From: an uncultured Acidobacteriota bacterium
GTDB lineage: Bacteria > Acidobacteriota > UBA6911
NCBI GenBank assembly: GCA_963827655.1
Contig: CAWHCF010000001.1
Location: forward strand, 32,001-96,000
Direction: 5' to 3'
DNA length: 64,000 bases
The notes under the pieces were generated by a model. It saw nothing but the letters and a program-made list of their open reading frames with translations. It did not search any database and had not been told where the DNA came from. Positions 61,409-64,000 of the stretch are shown here, in pieces. Each line of letters begins with the position of its first letter. Positions within the stretch are counted from its first letter, which is position 1. The position numbers and the translations under genes were made by a program.

Positions 61409-62284
61409 TCAGGCGGGAGGGGGGACGACAACCTTTTTGTAAGGGTGTCGTGCGGATATAGCCTCGCTGTACAGGAATACGTTTAGCGCCTGGTCATAGA
61501 GCTCCCGCGTTATGGTTAAATCACCTTGCCAGCATCCGAGCTTCTGGTAGCTCGCAATCGAGCTTGAAAGCGCCTCGAGGTCGATGTTCGGAAATAAGAC
61601 GGCTTCCTTCTCCGCAACCTCGCGCGCAGGCGCTTCGGCTACCCACAACCTCGCTTTTTGGTATGCTCGCGTGAAGGCCGGCGCCATCTCAGTCTGGAGA
61701 AAAGCCTGAGAAGCCATGAGGCTGCTGAAGGCGACGGGAGGCATCGCCTGACCAACCGCAGCCACCACATAGCCGATCCGCTCGATCTCGAGCTGCTGAG
61801 GCGAAGGTCCCTGCTGATGGACATAGTCTCCGCGACCGCCACGAAACACTGCGTCAATCTCCTCCACGCCTCCCGCATCAATCACGTTGATCCTGTTCCA
61901 TTCCACTCCCTGGCAGTGCGCGGCGTACTTCAGCATGATCAGCGGCTGCCCACCATGATCCGCCAGCAGCGACTTCCCTTCCAGCTTCTTCCAGTTAAAT
62001 GCCGGATCCCGTTCGCGTCCGGCCAGGAAGAAACCATCGCGCTGGTTAATCTGGGCAAAATGGACCGGCAGATCCTTCTCGCCCTTTTCCATCGGTCCCC
62101 AGTTCGAGCCGACGGCCGCTTGAACCACGTCCACTTCTCCCTTCCGGATGAGGTCGCGGGCCGTCTGATCTTTGCCGAGCACGCTGTATGCAGGCTCCAG
62201 TCCCTCTTCAACCAGGAAACCGGCGGTGACCGCGGCAATCAGAGGTGAGTAAAAGCTTGAATGGCGTGAAACCAGAATTCTCAT
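61409..62284 (-). CDS. NMT1/THI5-like substrate-binding-fold protein, no signal peptide
   Basis: FYSPL...GF..EEGL, QRDGFFL.GR and F.WK.LEGK motifs. Confidence 0.8.
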   Translation of the reverse strand: MRILVSRHSSFYSPLIAAVTAGFLVEEGLEPAYSVLGKDQTARDLIRKGEVDVVQAAVGSNWGPMEKGEKDLPVHFAQINQRDGFFLAGRERDPAFNWKKLEGKSLLADHGGQPLIMLKYAAHCQGVEWNRINVIDAGGVEEIDAVFRGGRGDYVHQQGPSPQQLEIERIGYVVAAVGQAMPPVAFSSLMASQAFLQTEMAPAFTRAYQKARLWVAEAPAREVAEKEAVLFPNIDLEALSSSIASYQKLGCWQGDLTITRELYDQALNVFLYSEAISARHPYKKVVVPPPA

Positions 62285-62440
62285 GATTGACGATTGACGA
62301 TTGACGATTGACGATTTCCAACTAAGAACGAATCTTTCGATCGGGATTCCGTCGATTGACGATTATTGACGATTGACGGCGGAGCAATCGTGACTGGTAA
62401 ATCGTCAATCGTCAATCGTAAATCGTAAATCGTCAATCGT
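62285..62440. repeat. Inverted heptamer arrays (GATTGAC)n / (AATCGTC)n
   Basis: Arrays at 62285-62316, 62354-62378 and 62400-62440. Confidence 0.85.
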
Positions 62441-64000
62441 TAAAGGTTGCCTTTGCGCATTTCTTCAGCGATGTAGGCACAGGCTCGGGCCGTCAGTGCC
62501 ATCATCGTGATCGTGGGATTGACGCATCCCGATGAGGTGAAGCTCGCTCCGTCCGTAACGAAAACGTTCTTCACCTCCCACATTTGATTCCACTTGTTGA
62601 GCATCGAGGTCTTGGGATCACTCCCCATGCGACAAGTTCCGATTTCGTGGATGCACACGCCGGGAGCCGCCAGCTTGCGGTTTTCATAGGTAATCTGCAC
62701 TCCGGCGGCATGCAGCATTTCTTTTGCCGACTCGAAGATGTCCTCGGCCATTTTCAACTCATTCTCGGAGTGGGAGCAGACGATGTGCAAAGCTGGAACT
62801 CCCCAGCGGTCGAAAATGTCTTTGTTCAACGCCACGTAGTTTTCACGCCGGGCCAGCATCTCGCCCCATCCCCCGATGCCCACAGAGTAAGGCCAGTTAT
62901 TCTTGACCGCCTTCTTGAACTCCGCACCGAAGCCGGCAGTATTCCGAGCATGGCCGGGAAACATCCCGCGGGTGCCGCTCCCCTGGTAGCCCCAGCCTCG
63001 AATATAATCCTTGCGCCGGCTGGTGAGATTGCGAAATCGCGGGATATAGATGCCGTTTGCCCGCCCGTCGTCCCAGCTTGTGACCGGACCCTTCCCTACC
63101 TCGAGGATTCCTCCCGCCCCTACCCGGATAGTGTGGTCCATCAGGTAGCGCCCCAGCACATCATGCGAATTCCCCAGTCCTTCAGGGTGGACGCGCGACC
63201 TGGAGTTCAGTAGCAGGCGCGTGGACTCCAGAGTGGAAGCACACAACACCAGCACCTTGCCGAATACCTCCCGGCCGGCTCGTGTTTCCCGATCGAAATA
63301 ATGGACTCCGCGAGCCTTGCCATTCTTGTCCACGACGATGTGACTGGCGACGGCATTGCCAATCAGAGTCATTCGACCTGTCGCTTCGGCCGCGGGAAGA
63401 GTCGAAACCGGACTGGAATAGTACGACCCAGTGGTGCATCCGCGCGAACAGTGGCCGCACCAATGACACTTGAGACGCCCCTTGTGATTCTGGGTGAGAA
63501 TCGCGGAACGGCCGATAGTGAGGCGCCGATCGCCAAACCGGTCCACCGCTTTCTTGAGGATCCTCTCCGCGCAGGTGAGATTCATACCCGGAAGAAACTT
63601 TCCGTCGGGCAGCTGGGGAAGATTTTCCGCGCTGCCGCTCACCCCTATGAAGCTTTCCACCTTGTCGTAGTAGGGCGCCAGGTCGGCATAGCCAAGCGGC
63701 CAGTCTTCACCGTAACCGTCGTGCGACGCAGCCTTGAAATCGTAATCGCTCATCCGATACGACTGGCGTCCCCATACGATCGACCTTCCTCCCACCTGAC
63801 GGGAGCGCACCCAATCAAAGGGCTTGTCGGGCGGCGTGGTGTAGGGATGCTCCGCGTCCATGACATACATATGGCGGTTATATTCATTGGCCACGGTGAT
63901 GGAGCTGAGCTGTTCCCGCGCGATCACGCCCGGTTGCCCGAATCCACGAAACGGCAGATCGAAGGGCCATTTGTGCTCGGTGAAATCTTTTTCCGGGTCG
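62440..64000 (-). CDS. GMC oxidoreductase (sugar dehydrogenase type; 5' end outside window)
   Basis: VGGRS..WGR, DWP..Y.DL.PYY, CHWCGHCSRGC, HEIGTCRMG and NPTIT.MAL motifs. Confidence 0.9.
   Translation of the reverse strand, partial: DPEKDFTEHKWPFDLPFRGFGQPGVIAREQLSSITVANEYNRHMYVMDAEHPYTTPPDKPFDWVRSRQVGGRSIVWGRQSYRMSDYDFKAASHDGYGEDWPLGYADLAPYYDKVESFIGVSGSAENLPQLPDGKFLPGMNLTCAERILKKAVDRFGDRRLTIGRSAILTQNHKGRLKCHWCGHCSRGCTTGSYYSSPVSTLPAAEATGRMTLIGNAVASHIVVDKNGKARGVHYFDRETRAGREVFGKVLVLCASTLESTRLLLNSRSRVHPEGLGNSHDVLGRYLMDHTIRVGAGGILEVGKGPVTSWDDGRANGIYIPRFRNLTSRRKDYIRGWGYQGSGTRGMFPGHARNTAGFGAEFKKAVKNNWPYSVGIGGWGEMLARRENYVALNKDIFDRWGVPALHIVCSHSENELKMAEDIFESAKEMLHAAGVQITYENRKLAAPGVCIHEIGTCRMGSDPKTSMLNKWNQMWEVKNVFVTDGASFTSSGCVNPTITMMALTARACAYIAEEMRKGNL

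Overview
GC-rich bacterial chromosomal window. The many secreted enzymes and short intergenic repeats suggest an Acidobacteriota-like organism, but this is inference. It is densely coding, and I saw no rRNA, tRNA or CRISPR array. The main system is a complete quinohemoprotein amine dehydrogenase locus (qhpG-A-D-C-B-F-E, 49.5-59.1 kb). Its gamma-subunit precursor keeps all canonical cross-link and CTQ residues, but carries a fifth Cys six residues before a conserved Asp (candidate fourth thioether), changes beside the cofactor and a Q/P-rich extension. Other blocks are an AtuA-type acyl-CoA carboxylation operon with no biotin carboxylase (34.7-41.5 kb), a repeat-bracketed block of secreted beta-helix, FG-GAP and tail-fibre-like proteins with a miniature deletion paralog (20.1-26.2 kb), a heme c/copper-monooxygenase-like protein, a roughly 1000 aa unknown protein, a plant-type threonine synthase, and two vapBC modules plus a PIN remnant. 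There is one MITE and several families of dispersed palindromic or heptamer repeats. About 15 apparent single-base frameshifts and one indel-riddled tandem duplication suggest uncorrected long-read errors, so split genes are reported as single CDSs.
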